Assembly (NCBI GenBank): GCA_038496445.1
Contig: JALMLS010000122.1
Span: 1-64,000, forward strand
Reading direction: 5' to 3'
Source: Trichosphaerium sp. ATCC 40318
Taxonomy: Eukaryota; Protista; Tubulinea
Length of the DNA: 64,000 nucleotides
Position numbers and translations under genes: made by a program. Below are positions 10,834 to 23,649 of this stretch, in pieces (position 1 is the first letter of the stretch; the number at the start of each line of letters is the position of its first letter). A model generated the notes under the pieces. It worked only from the letters and a program-made list of their open reading frames with translations. It did not search any database and had not been told where the DNA came from.

Positions 10834-13800
10834 ATGAGCAAAAAAGTATATCCCACAAGGCTGTGCCCCATGTGCCACAAAGAATTTTCAACACACAACT
10901 TTTCAGCACACTTGCATACAAAAAGTCACCAGGCAAACGTTTTGGCGAAGCTGTGGGAAGTGCGCTCATCCAATAGAGAGCCACCGAACAAAAAAGCACG
11001 CACCAGCGATGATGTTGCTTACGATGAAGTGCTACATGCCAGTGAACAAGTTCAACAACAACAATTGATGCAAAATACCACAGAACCAGAACCTCAACCA
11101 GAACCTCAACCAGAACCTCAACCAGAACCTCAACCACAACCTCAACCACCGCTGCCATTAATGGAGCAAACATTCGTACAGTCAGACATGCTTTACGAAG
11201 CTGGTGATCTACTAATGGAAACGGAGACACAGTGTGTAGATAGGTGTTTAGCCGTTGGCAGGCCATTTCTCTCTATTAGCACTGCTTCATCAGAAGAGAA
11301 GGTCTTGTACCTTGCTAAAAAACTCCAATTGGAACAACAGCTGTCTAATGAAAACATGCAACTCTGGTTCAAATTTATATCGTCCGTGTCAACGCTTGTG
11401 GGAAACGCAGAAAACACAGAAGGTGAAAAGGCCTTCAATTATGAGCATTTGACAAACGACCGAGCCAACAAAGCCTTCAATCTGGTACTTCTCATGACCT
11501 CTTTTCCTCTTTTAGCTCACTTGCTTTACCAGTACACTCCTACGATAGAGCTCAGCACCATGCACGTAAGGACCAGTGCCACAAAAACCAAAGAACTCTT
11601 ATATGTGCAGCCGTCCCAGTATGTCAAGCTGCTCATGTCTCACCTGGTAGACAGAAATGCTATAAACGACACATCCAAGTATGGCTGCACTATACCTAGA
11701 GTGAATATGGACGGTGAGGAAGAGCAAATCCACGTGGTGGCCGGTCCAGAAACGGGAAAGCGCTACAAAGAACTTTTTGATGACGTTGAGAAGATAGAGG
11801 AAAACATCAGACTTGCAGGTACAACTTTTGTTGCAGTTTTTTTGTTCCCCTCCTCAAGCCAATGACCGTTGTGTAGCCTACCTGTGTCACGACAACTTCA
11901 CTTACGATAAGAGAGACAGTCTAGGACCCTTGTATTTTGTTATATGGAACTTGCCTAACAGTGAAACAATGCAAGGGATAATGCCTTTGATGGTATTGCC
12001 GGCACAAGTGAACATGGAAGACGCTGCAAAGTATGTCGTTGACGATTTGAAATCGCTGTACAACGGCATAGAGTGTTACTCACAACCCTTGGAAAAGGTG
12101 AAAAGCACGTTTATTTCTTTCTTTTAACGACAAAATAGACTTTCAAAGTGTACGTCAGGTTGGAGAAGATATTGGGGGACATACCTGGAATATGCAAACT
12201 CTTGAGTACGGTCTTGTTATTGTGTACTTTGCGTGCCATTCACCTCATTTTCTCAAAGGTATAAAGAACCACGCTTCGAAGATGCCTTGTAGAGTTTGCA
12301 AAGTATCCAGCAAGAACATCAAACTAGGTATCATGGATGTTTGCGAGGATAGAAATATGACGGACACCAGAGTGTTGAAAGCTAGACTGAGTCAGGCGGA
12401 AGAGGAAAAGCTCAACATCCTCTGTTTGAGAGCTTGGGTAATGGAACTTGTTTTTTGCCTCTGCAATTTATGCCCGTTTTCTTCTAAAGCTTGCATTTTA
12501 GAGTCCATTTTTGGATTTACCTGGCTTTGACATCTACCATCACACCCCTTATTGTCCTTTTCACAATATCATTCTGGGAGTGTCTAAAGCTATGATCAGC
12601 GCCACTGTAGAACTGCTGCAACAGCGTATGGTAGATTACAAGAAAAAGTTGAGAGAAAAAGTAGCCTGGTACTTGCACCAAAAGCACGTGCACGTCATCA
12701 AGTAATGCAAACGGTTTGGTTGCTTTGCGCTCATGCGACTGTAGAACTAAGGACCTTTGGGACAGCCATGGAGAGCTTGATACTGAGCGTGGCTGGGATG
12801 GTACTGACTTCAAATCCTTTCTGCAGATGGCTTTGTTCGTTTTAAAACCGTATTGTACCAAGGACGAGATGTCCGTGTGGTGAGTGTAGTTTTTTGGGTT
12901 TTTTTGGCTGGAATGTTTGTGACCTTCTATTGAAGGAAAGTTTTCTTGGGTTATGTGGCCCTGATTTCTAAGGACTTTTTGCGTACAACGAGGTTGAACG
13001 AGTTCACGACCGAGGCTGCGAGGTTGTTGAACCTGATGCAAAAGCATTTGCCAGGTACCTGTCATTATTGTGGTGATTGGCTGCTATCTAACTCTATCTT
13101 CCATAGGAGCAAAAACCTCTATACCCAACTTTCACGCGCTGTTTCACCACTCGAAACACGTCGAGATGTTTGGCATGCCCAAACACTACAGGTAACGGCA
13201 TTCTGTTTGTTGGGTGCTGACTGGGTTTTTTTAAAGCACTTACGCTTGTGAATCCAGGCACAAAAGGATAAAGAACTGGAAGAACTCCACCAATGGCTTG
13301 CACAAAGAAAAGTGAGAAATATTAGGTCCGTGTTGAGCTGACGCCGATTGCTAGTGACATCATGAAGCGTGAGGCGGCTTTGTTTGCCTCTAATGTGGCT
13401 GCGGATCTGGCCACCTCATTGGTGAGTGTAGGAAAGCCACCTGCTGGTAGAAAAACGTACTTTGGACACGAGGTGACCGTGCCCAAGTTTTACAACATCC
13501 CACAGGCGTCTTGGACTTTGCGTGAGCGCCCTCTTCTCTCATTCTTTTGTTTGCTGATCTGTTTCGCGCAGATAACGCTAAAAAAGTGCAACTCACAAAG
13601 CGACTGAGAGACATCTGGTTGAGGGACATTGCCCAGGAGCATCACAGACAACTGGATAGCAGTGTGGTGATGTATAAATCGGCCAAGTGCGAATCTAGAG
13701 AGATTGCTCTGTTTACAAACACTGAGACTTGTTTCAAATCCTGGAGACCTATTCATGGTGAGGACAGAAGTAACTGCATTTATTTGGAGACGACCAACAT

Positions 13801-14129
13801 TATAAGGATGAAAGAGGAAATTTACGTGTTTGGCAGGTAAAGTTGCTGTGCTTTTATTATAATCACATTGCTGCTGATAAATCTCTTTACAATGTAGGTT
13901 GTATAAACTGGTAAATCAGATAGATAGGTATGACAAACTCACTGACTTGGTTATGTGCGTTGAGTGGTGTTTTCTTGGTTTTGTTGACATCAGTTGCAGG
14001 TTGGAGAGAGCTGGCGACCTTGCTTGTGTACCTTTGAGCATGGTGTTTAGGCTTGCTTGTGTTGTGCCTGATCCTTGTGAACCTGAGCACTATTTGGATA
14101 ACTACTATCAGCGTGCAATACCAAATTGA
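10834..14129 (+). CDS. CACTA/CMC (EnSpm/Plavaka-like) DDE transposase with N-terminal C2H2 zinc finger, multi-exon
   Basis: CPMC..HLHTKSH zinc finger, then HDNF..SLGPLYFVIWNLP (first D), LGDIPG (second D), PCRVC, PFHNIILG, FHALFHH and STYACESRHK (E). This is the D-D-C2C-xH-H(3-4)H-E order known for CMC transposases. Confidence 0.85.
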
Positions 14130-14205
14130 TGGCGATAGCTTTGTACATGATTACATGTAAGTTTAGAATAAAATTTCATGAGGCATGTTTTGTTTGCCAA
14201 AAGTC

Positions 14206-14347
14206 GAATTCCATATGAATTTATATTTTGAGTTGGGGTTTTGTAAATGACCTATATTCTGATTCGATATGAAATCCACTAATCTGTGTATTTCCACAAG
14301 ATTTCAGATAGAATTCATCATGAATTCCATATTTGAAATTGGTACTG
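14206..14347. repeat. Subterminal short repeats at the putative right end of the CMC element
   Basis: GAATTCCATAT at 14206 and 14322, with variants GATTCGATATGAAAT (14261) and GATTTCAGATAGAATT (14300), ending in ...AATTGGTACTG. Confidence 0.5.
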
Positions 14348-14926
14348 AAGGCACCTGTTGTAGCATCATACCGTACTAATTCAAACACACAATATGATTG
14401 GGCGACCTTTGTTGTGTACCTTTTAGAACACAATCATTTGGTTGCTGGAGATTATTTTGTGGTGGACAATGCTCGTGTCCACAGTGCCAAAGAAACTTTT
14501 TCAGAGATATATGAAGCTTGTGCTTTACGAGGAGTACACTACATATTTCTGCCAAAGTATTCTCCGGAACTCAACCCATGTGAACTTGTTTTCGCTCACA
14601 TAAAGAACCATTTGCGTTACAGACGCCGAAATGATACTTTTTGGTATGAAATAGCCAAAACAATGGCTACTGTAACTAGAGAGCTTGTAGAAAGTTTCTA
14701 TGATCATTGTGTACACATGCGTTTTTAAAATAAATAAAATTTGTTATTTTGTACACGTGGGTTTTTTTTTTTTCTTGGAAGTGTTCTCTGGCTTCCGCAT
14801 CACCTTGAAATTTGAATATTTTTGTCAGTTAACCGGTTAGCATAGAAATTTAGAAATTTTCACCAGATAACTAATTTTCGTGCACAACCAGTTAAATTTT
14901 GACCAACTTGACTGAAACGGACAATA
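14348..14926 (+). mobile_element. 5'-truncated IS630/Tc1-mariner transposase (DDE_3 C-terminal part) with possible right terminus
   Basis: ORF 14333-14728 contains VVDNARVH...FLPKYSPELNPCE (38 residues between D and E). The first D and the HTH are missing. Downstream sequence ends ...GAAACGGACAATA just before a poly-A tract. Confidence 0.8.
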
Positions 14927-14927
14927 C

Positions 14928-14928
<1 letters not shown>

Positions 14929-14982
<54 letters not shown>
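14929..14982. repeat. Poly-A tract (~54 nt)
   Basis: Direct reading. Confidence 0.95.
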
Positions 14983-14987
<5 letters not shown>

Positions 14988-15384
14988 AAAAAAAAATTTG
15001 TAGCTATCTTCATTGACATCTAGTTTCATTACCTGCTAATAATGTTTGAGTTACAAGCATGTTAAATGGCCGTAGACGTAGAAATAGTGAGGTGTTCCTT
15101 TAGGAAGTTAGTTTGTTGCTAAAAAGCGGTGAGAAAGTAAAATCGAGTTAGTGTAGTTGATTTTAGCGTGTAAAAGCAGAATAGAGAATTAAATCAGATT
15201 ACCAACGAAATACAAAAGAAAGGCCAGCGGTGTGACTAAAAGTACTTTAGCATGTCAAACAAAGCTATAGCATTAAACTGTGTGTGCTTTGGGCCCATTA
15301 TGGGCGTAAAGGGCTCTGGAGAGTGTAGAGATAACCTAAAGGTGTAAAATAAAAGATATACTGAAGAGAAGCTGCATTCACTGG

Positions 15385-15462
15385 GCAGTTAAGCCGGCCT
15401 CCGAGTTGGTTGAGCTAATGTGTTAGTTGTTATAGCGTGGCATCCAATAATGTCATGAACAT
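15385..15462 (-). pseudogene. Relic of an F-box/LRR gene N-terminal linker
   Basis: Minus strand reads VHDIIGCHAITTNTLAQ, matching IHDIIGYHAITIKTPTQ of the adjacent gene. Confidence 0.55.
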
Positions 15463-15572
15463 TGTCTACAGTCGGTTAGTTGATAGAAAAGAGGAGACAA
15501 AGTGCAATAACTCTAACTAGTGTTTATTAAATACACAAACTTGCCCCATTTACTGTAACTTTACATTTGTAG

Positions 15573-17150
15573 TTAAAAACTATGTATTTTTGCCCCGATA
15601 AGTGCTTTAATACCTTCATCAGTAACTGAAGTGTTTGTGAGGTGAATCTTATGAACTCCAACAAGTGCTTTAATGCCTTCGTCAGTTACTGAAGTGTTAT
15701 TGAGGTTAATAGTATGAACTCCAGCAAGTGCTTTAATACCTTCATCAGTCACTGAAGTATTTTTGAGGTTAATCTTATGAACTCCAGCGAGTGCTCTAGC
15801 GCCTTCATCAGTTGTTAAAGTGTTATCAAGGTCAATTGTATGAACTCCAGCAAGTGCTTTAATGCCTTCATCAGTAACTAAAGTGTTTGTGAGGAAAATA
15901 GTATGAACTCCAGCAAGCGCTTTAATACCTTTATCAGTAACTGAAGTGCGACAAAGGCCAATAGTATGAACTCCACCAAGTGCTTTAATACCTTCATCAG
16001 TTACTGAAGTGCCATTGAGGCGAATGGTATGAACTCCAGCGAGTGCTTTAACGCCTTCATCAGTTACTGAAGTGCTTATGAGGGAAATAGTATGAACTAC
16101 CTTTAGTGCTTTAATACCTTCATCAGTCACTGAAGTGTTAGCAACGTGAATAGTATGAACACCAACAAGTGCTTTAATACCTTCATCAGTTACTGAAGTG
16201 CTATAGAGGGATATAGTATGAACTCCCTTCAGAGCTTTAATACCTTTATCAGTAACCGAAGTGCGAGCTAGGTCAATGGTATGAACTCCACCAAGTGCTT
16301 TAATGCCTTCATCAGTTACTGAAGTGTTATAGAGGGATATAGTATGAACTCCAGCAAGTGCTTTAATACCTTCATCAGTTACTGAAGTGCCATTGAGGCG
16401 AATGGTATGAACTCCAGCAAGTGCTTTAACACCTTCATCAGTTACTGAAGTGTGACAAAGGTCAATAGTATGAACTCCCTTCAGTGCTTTAATACCTTCA
16501 TTAGTTACTGAAGTGAAATTGAGGCAAATGGTATGAACTCCAGCGAGTGCTTTAACGCCTTCATCAGTTACTGAAGTGTGACAAAGGTCAATAGTATGGA
16601 CACCAGCAAGTGCTTTAACGCCTTCGTCAGTTGCTGAAGTGCGACAAAGGTCAATAGTATGGACACCCTTCAGTGCTATAACGCCTTCGTCAGTTACTGA
16701 AGTGCGACAAAGGTCAATAGCATGGACACCCTTCAGTGCTTTAACGCCTTCATCAGTTACTGAAGTACGACAAAGGTCAATAGTATGGACACCCTTGAGT
16801 GCTTTAACGCCTTCGTCAGTTACTGAAGTGTTATTGAGGGAAATAGTATGAACTCCAGCAAGTGCTTTGACAGTGTTGTCATAAAAATAAGGTACTGAGA
16901 TTTTTGTGTATTTAAGAATCCCAGGATGTTTTACAGCTGATTTTGCTTGAGTTGGCGTTTTAATCGTAATAGCGTGGTATCCAATAATATCGTGAATAAT
17001 AGAAGCAAGCAAATGACATGTCTGACAAGCTGCAAATCGCGATTTGGTCGTTTGGCGTAAGATATGCGCTAATATCTCGGTCGGTAGCTGTAGCAAACTT
17101 GTGCTGGTGGTACTGTCAATTCTACAACCCTTTGAGGTAGAAAGCATCAT
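15573..17150 (-). CDS. F-box + 20 x 21-aa leucine-rich repeat protein (intronless)
   Basis: LLQLPTEILAHIL F-box and GVHTIxLxxTSVTDEG(V/I)KALx repeats. Confidence 0.92.
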   Translation of the reverse strand: MMLSTSKGCRIDSTTSTSLLQLPTEILAHILRQTTKSRFAACQTCHLLASIIHDIIGYHAITIKTPTQAKSAVKHPGILKYTKISVPYFYDNTVKALAGVHTISLNNTSVTDEGVKALKGVHTIDLCRTSVTDEGVKALKGVHAIDLCRTSVTDEGVIALKGVHTIDLCRTSATDEGVKALAGVHTIDLCHTSVTDEGVKALAGVHTICLNFTSVTNEGIKALKGVHTIDLCHTSVTDEGVKALAGVHTIRLNGTSVTDEGIKALAGVHTISLYNTSVTDEGIKALGGVHTIDLARTSVTDKGIKALKGVHTISLYSTSVTDEGIKALVGVHTIHVANTSVTDEGIKALKVVHTISLISTSVTDEGVKALAGVHTIRLNGTSVTDEGIKALGGVHTIGLCRTSVTDKGIKALAGVHTIFLTNTLVTDEGIKALAGVHTIDLDNTLTTDEGARALAGVHKINLKNTSVTDEGIKALAGVHTINLNNTSVTDEGIKALVGVHKIHLTNTSVTDEGIKALIGAKIHSF

Positions 17151-17923
17151 ATCGTCTATATTTGTCTAATTACTAACAGCTAGCTGTGATAGAGGAACCC
17201 ACAACGTTGAAAGTAAGTATAACAGCTGTTTTATTACGAATTTAAGTCACGTGATACTGCGGTCAAAAATAACAAACGGTGTACTAAAATGTCGAAAAAA
17301 AGTAGAACAAAAGTGATATGAACTGTTCGCCACAAAGGGAGCAACTGGGTTATGGCGCTCAGTCGCCGGTAGACTCTGCCCCACCCCACAACCCCCTAAA
17401 AGGGGGCTTTCTAAATAGTTCCTGTCTATTACGCCTTTCTACAATCACGTGATTGCATGTTTGCCTTGCATTACATGAGAATACAAGACACGGCATTACA
17501 GTAATTTGTCAATGCAATGTCATGATGTAAATGGTAGAACTGGAGGCCAATTGTGTGAAGTGTAGCTTCAATGACAAAAGGGAAGGAGAGTAAGGTTTGG
17601 TATGAAAATGGTGGATTCTTTATGGAGTGCTTGAAGGAACACAACACATATAACATAGCAAATATGTACATGGTTTAATAGAATGAAGGCACGAAGAATT
17701 CTAGCATTCATTTGGTAGACGTTTGCAGTCTCCAACGAAACAAGATGGTTTCATTATTATTGATGAGGTACTATTCAATTGAGTTTGTTCTAGGTCAAGG
17801 CCTCAAAATAATTACAACCATTGTTTGTAATGCTAGGTACTCAAACTAATGTAGGTGCCTTTACAGGCAGTTTCGGTAGTTTTTGTTTTTATTTTTTATT
17901 ATGGTCATGTTAACAACCCGATC

Positions 17924-20279
17924 CTAAGCTGTTGGAGGTTTCTCAAATTTCCATTGTTGATTGTGGTTATTTGTTCCATACGTATACAAATACACATTCC
18001 TGTAAAATACACAGTTAACAACTGAAAGTCATTATAGGAATTAAAAAAAGTTGGGCGTACTGGTTGTTTGATCCTCCATTATTACCATCAATAGAGTAAC
18101 GAAGGTCACGCTTTTTTAATCTATACGTAAATGCTTTACCAGATACTAAGGACCTCTCCCAATGTTGGTTTCCGTTATCTTGATCACACTCAATAAGCTT
18201 CAAGTTCCTGGAAAAAAATGTAAAAATAAGCATTGTTTTCTTTCGATAAGAGCCCTTACTGTTTATTTGCTGCGCCGGTTCCTCCATCGAGACAATATTT
18301 TGTATATCGCTTGCGGTACATGTAATATTTTTCATGTTTTGTTTCAACCCAGTGCTGATTTTCGTTTTCATCATTGTATTTGTACAGATACACATTATTG
18401 TTGTTTGCATTTGGCTGCTTCTGTGCTGTCAAAGCATACCCAAGTGCATTCTCCTTTCTCATGGTATATACCTTTTCTGTGTGTGTATAGGAAAGACAAG
18501 AGTCAATTCCGCTAAGCTTACCACATCCCTGGGCTTGACTGTGCCTCGAAAACCTGAGCCATTTGTTTAAACTGGAAAAAAAATGATAAGTCAAATAGAA
18601 GGTCCATCTGAGACATTACTTGTTTGTAGGTATGGTTGATTTCATTATACCAGATTTATCTGGGTCGTGTTCCATATTCAGAAGATGCCCAATTTCATGT
18701 GCAGTCAAAATAACTCTTTTACGAGTGTCACTTCGTTGAGTGACTTCTGCTCCAAAATCGACTTGGGAACACATACGACCTAGTGTGGCTGATCCTAATG
18801 CCTTTCCCGGATCGCAGTTGTGATAAAGTAACACGAACGCTTCTTCGCGACCATCGTCACCATATGGATATCTATTGTATACCCACGAATTAAGATTATC
18901 GAGTATTTGACCTCTGTTCTTGCAAGTCCAATTAGCAGCTAAAAAAAAAAAGGTTACAACAGATATTTTCTTGCAGTATGAAATTGTTCTTCCACGTACA
19001 ATAGTCATCACGGTCTTCCATTATTAATAGTTCTGAAACGACAAGTTTTACATTCTTTGAAATGAGAATAAGTACACTGCACACTCATAAAGTTTTTGAT
19101 TACAAAAAATACACTTACAAGTTCTTCATTGTATATTGCATTTACGCCATGAATGTCTAACAAAAAACACTGATTTAGAACACATTTAAAATAGCACTGA
19201 TTGACGTACTATTTGTAACATAGTCAACTGAACCGTCAACACCTCTATCATCGAAAAGACTTTCATCAACAACTGCAACCTTTTGGGACTTTTAATGATA
19301 CAGTATTTAATAAATATTTATTGTACCATACGGAGAACCCTTAATGAAGATGGACAATTATCAGGCGGAGGCACTAGTGGTGTTCTATCTCCCATAGGGT
19401 AAGATCTTTACAAAGTTAGTAGAGGTCGAGTGCGAAAAGAAACAAATGTCCAAACCTTCTTGAACGCTTGTGTTGATGCTTGTTAAAACGAATTCTTTCG
19501 TTACATAAATCACAACCGATTGACTCTTTGCGTTTTAAATTGTTCGGCCTGTTAATTAAAGAAGAAAATTAGAAATGCTTTAAAGTAAAAGAAAAAACAA
19601 AGAAAAACAGAAAATTGACTTTTCGTACGTGAGAATCACGTGAGTGGCTGAACCAAGTTTTTGTAAATGATGTGGTGACATGTATTCAATGTGTCTAAAT
19701 AGCAAACGGTTGTTAGTATGAGACTACGCACAACAAGTACGTTGAACGAGAACTTACTTTTTCGCTGGTTCAATGACAAGCATTTCATCATCAACAAATA
19801 GAATACCTTCTATTGTTCCATCTTTATGAGCCATAAACCGGAATCTGTAATTGTCATTGATAGATTTGAAGGTCTTTGAAGGAACAGGAATATACTTCGT
19901 GCTGTTTCCTGTACCCAAGATAATCTTAAAAGTCTCATGAGAAAAAAAAAAGATAAAAAAAAAGTACCCTAGAATCAACACTGAACGGCGAATCTTTGAT
20001 GCATTCAACTGTCATGTTACCACTACTTTTGTTCACTTTTAAGATATGAACTCCTTCAGCGCTTCGTTTTGTTGAAAGTGATAAATCAACTACCAAAAAT
20101 TAGGTCTTGAGATACAAATACACCGTAGTGTTCGCACTCGAAGTGACGACTTCAAACTCATGTACGTTATCCCAGTACTGTTTATCATAGCAGAAAACGG
20201 CATTAACTAGTAGAACTATCGAAAATAAGTTGTTAATATAACCCTTTTGTATCTTACCAATGAGTGCGAGCTTCCACAT
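17924..20279 (-). CDS. Secreted M12B/reprolysin-like zinc metalloprotease with C-terminal ricin-type (QxW) repeats, multi-exon
   Basis: Signal-like start MWKLALI, HEIGHLLNMEHD...GIM (Met-turn), and NQHW/NQHW/NQQW repeats. Confidence 0.85.
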
Positions 20280-20835
20280 TGTTGTTGTATTTGTTTTGAA
20301 CTTTTCTACTCAAAAAATAACGGCTTAATGTTTTAAGTGTATATCACGTCATAGCTCACCACGTGTGTTGTTGTTTGGTTTATGTGATACCCAAACAAAA
20401 TAATACGGCTGTTGCAAAATTATCTGCGATATCGGGGAAACTCGGACAATCTACAAGATTTGCTTTGTTTTTTCTCTGAATCATGGTTGCACCAAAAAAA
20501 CTGCAGCTTTTGATTTTGTAATGAATGAAGATGTGGAACATTTCAAGCGTTTGGTTGGACTGAACAAGACTGTCAATATCGAAGGACACAATAGGCAACA
20601 ACGCCAATGGCGAGTAGCAATCAAAACATCCCCTCACCCTCCCTACAATCCTTTTTCTTTTTTATGTACAACATTATTTTTATTTTTTCCTTCAAACACA
20701 TTTGCAATCATACGAGTGTTCTTAAATGTAGAATAAATCTGCTCGCTACACTAAAGCCACCAAAAAGTGAGCGTCTTTCCTCCCAAGCGCGTCTCCCTTA
20801 TATTGACAATTGGCAATCTAACGTCAAATGATATC

Positions 20836-21330
20836 TCACCCGATAGAATCAACTTGCGACTTGTCACGTTCTAAGTTTTTCAAATATTCTTCACTCTTTA
20901 CAGTCACGTGACTAAGTAATGACCAAGTAATGATGAGGAGCTCTTCTCGTTGAGGATAATAAGCATATGACAGCGGTATACAGGCCTTCATTTCAACATT
21001 GTACATAGTTGATGGCATCATTTGATTACCTACTAGCATGTAACTGGGCACAATGGACTTTTGATATTGGAAATCTCTCACTACGTGTTGGTGGACAGTA
21101 GGCTCTATTTCTTCGGCATCAATTCCCCATTTCTGTACAATTGTCGATAAATGTAATCTGAGTCGTTTCGTATCATATCATCCATAAAATGGTTTGATAA
21201 TTGTAGAGAAGCTAAATCTTGCCATGAAAGGCCGTATTGACGATAATATTCTGTAGTATCTCTATGGGCAGCGAAAACAACTCTGTGGCTTCCGCAATTA
21301 AAGTATTAACACGTGTGATGCTTAGTTGTC
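20836..21330 (-). pseudogene. Decayed F-box gene
   Basis: Minus strand ELFSLPIEILQNII followed by stops and frameshifts, then the ORF 20836-21081 remnant. Confidence 0.5.
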
Positions 21331-22048
21331 ATTTTACCTGTTTGAAAACAGTTTAATGAAACTAGTTTTGTGACCCAAAAAAACTTGGATTGCAGTTTCA
21401 CATTGACACATTTATAGCTGCGTCACGTGCTTAAAATACGTTTACATACTTATTCTGCGTAGTATGTAGGATATTGTCGTTTATTGCATTTTTCCGTCTT
21501 CTGGGTTTAGCACACTATTGCACGGGACCCATATCAGTTGAAGGCTTAGGTTCGCCAAAAAAGAGTTTAGTACCTGACAAGGAGGCTTCAACAGCCACCA
21601 TTGGTTCTTCGAACACTAAGTGAATGTAACATTGGAGTTGCATGTTGATTTTAAAAAAGTTTGTTACGGAAAGAAATACAAGTGCCAATTTCTACAATGC
21701 ATTGAGGAACTCTGAATATCGTTACATAGAAGGTAGTTATTATTTGAGCAATTTACTTGTTTCTTTTCTCATGGTAAATTCAACCAAAGTCAAATACGCC
21801 TAAATGATTGACAACATGATTGATTTTTCCTAATTGTCGTAGCTAGGTGCTATGAAGCATAATATTACAATACTACACATTGATTGAAATCGTAAGGTGT
21901 AATTTCTGTCTTGATAGAAATTCTTCCTAATTAGGTTGATTTTCCTATCAAACCCTGATTGATATTTCGAGAGAAAACTCAAAAAAAACCATATTTTAAT
22001 CATCACACGAGCATCACAACAAATCTCAACCCTTACAAATCAATAAAC

Positions 22049-23418
22049 ATGTATACGTCATCACCCCTCAAAAAGGTACAGCTTACGAAACACTACTGTT
22101 AACTAATGATTGGTAAAAATAGCAAAAAACTACAAATTCTGATTGTGTTTTCAATCTACTACTCAATCTTCCTCTTGAACTTCAACTTGATATTATCGAT
22201 CAAGATCCAGAAGTTTACTCTAAATGGCCTCTCCTTTCTAAGTATACAGCCATTACAACAAGATTTGACGAGAATTTCGAAAAACATGGAAAATGGCGTA
22301 GTTTTACTTCAACTCAACAGCCAGATGATGTTGCCATCTCAACTCTTCTACTTAACCATCAACAATACTTTGTTCATGGTCAAGAACACGGCGAGTACAA
22401 GAAATGGCATGAAAACGGTCAACTTGAAGCTCAGTGGACTATTATCGATGAACACATCGAAGGAGAGTACAAGGAGTGGCATGAAAACGGACAATTAAGG
22501 GAACACTGTTGCTGTATCAATGATTTAATCCAAGGAGAATCAAAACAATGGTTCGAAAATGGTCAACTCCAAAGTCAAAGGTTTTTCTTGAATGAAAAAC
22601 GTAATGGAGAGATGAAGGTTTGGTATGAGAATGGACAAATATTCGCACACTCTAATCACGTTGACGATAAAATGAACGGAGAGTTTAAGATGTGGATCGA
22701 GAGTGGACAGTTAAAGGAGCACTGTTACTATGTTGATGACCTGAAAGAAGGAGACTATAAGGCTTTTCATGACAATAACAGTCTATGGATAAAGTGCTTT
22801 TATGTCAACGATAAAAAACAAGGAGAGTACCAGTCATGGTACGACAATGGTCAACTAAAAGAACACTATAATTGTGAGGATGGAAAGTACATAGGAGAGT
22901 ACAATCGTTGGCATCAAAATGGTCGGCTGGCAATGAGATGTCATTACGTCAATGGCAAGCCAGAAGGAGAACTCAAACAATGGCATGATAACGGCCAATT
23001 GAAGGAAGAAACTATGTATATCAACAACAAAAAAGAAGGTGTCTTCAAGAAATGGTGTGCGCATGGTCAACAGAAAGCCGAATGCACGTTTATCAATGAC
23101 AAAAAAGGAGGAGAGCTCAAGACATGGTTTGAAAACGGTCAATTAGAATTTCTGAATACATACTCAAACGACGAGCTTGACGGTCCTTACAATCACTGGG
23201 ATGAAGATGGAAGAATACTCCTTGAAACTCACTATGTCAAAGGAAAACTACACGGAGAGTACAAGGAGTGGAATAGGTTTGGCGAGTTTCTTGCTCACTT
23301 GACTTACGAGAATGGAGAGAAGACGACGATACATAGTGCTTCGATTAAGGTTCAAAATTGTACTCGTATTTGTCTTTGTGAGAATTGTGTTGTAAGCAGA
23401 CTTAAGATGCTATCATAA
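22049..23418 (+). CDS. F-box-like + MORN-variant (MORN_2) repeat protein
   Basis: Exon 1 22049-22075, intron 22076-22122, then LLNLPLELQLDII, in frame with ORF 22588-23418 carrying many GEYKxWxENGQL repeats. Confidence 0.88.
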
Positions 23419-23649
23419 ATAAAACTCTTTGAAAGCAATTACAGCCCGTATAAGGTATTACTAACTAGTACAATATACCTATCGTAATAGCACCATATGT
23501 TCCAGGCTAGAGGTACTGTTTAAGATTTAGAATAGAAAGTAAAATCATCCTTGTTCAATTCGTTTTCTTAGGTGGTAGCAGATGTACAGGCATTTCAATA
23601 TTGCTAACGAAGAACTACTTGGACAAGTCTTTTATTGGCAAAACTTGTA

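Larger units (their letters stand above)
1..14347. mobile_element. Putative large CACTA/CMC-superfamily DNA transposon with cargo genes (left end not in window)
   Basis: CMC transposase at the right end, followed by subterminal GAATTCCATAT-like repeats and an abrupt junction into a 5'-truncated IS630/Tc1 transposase. That the upstream genes belong to the element is inferred. Confidence 0.5.

Noticed and set aside
14837-15019. Poly-Phe ORF
   Set aside because: Artefact of the poly-A tract.
15573-16860. 63-bp periodic repeats as a CRISPR array
   Set aside because: They are in-frame LRR coding units in a eukaryotic gene.
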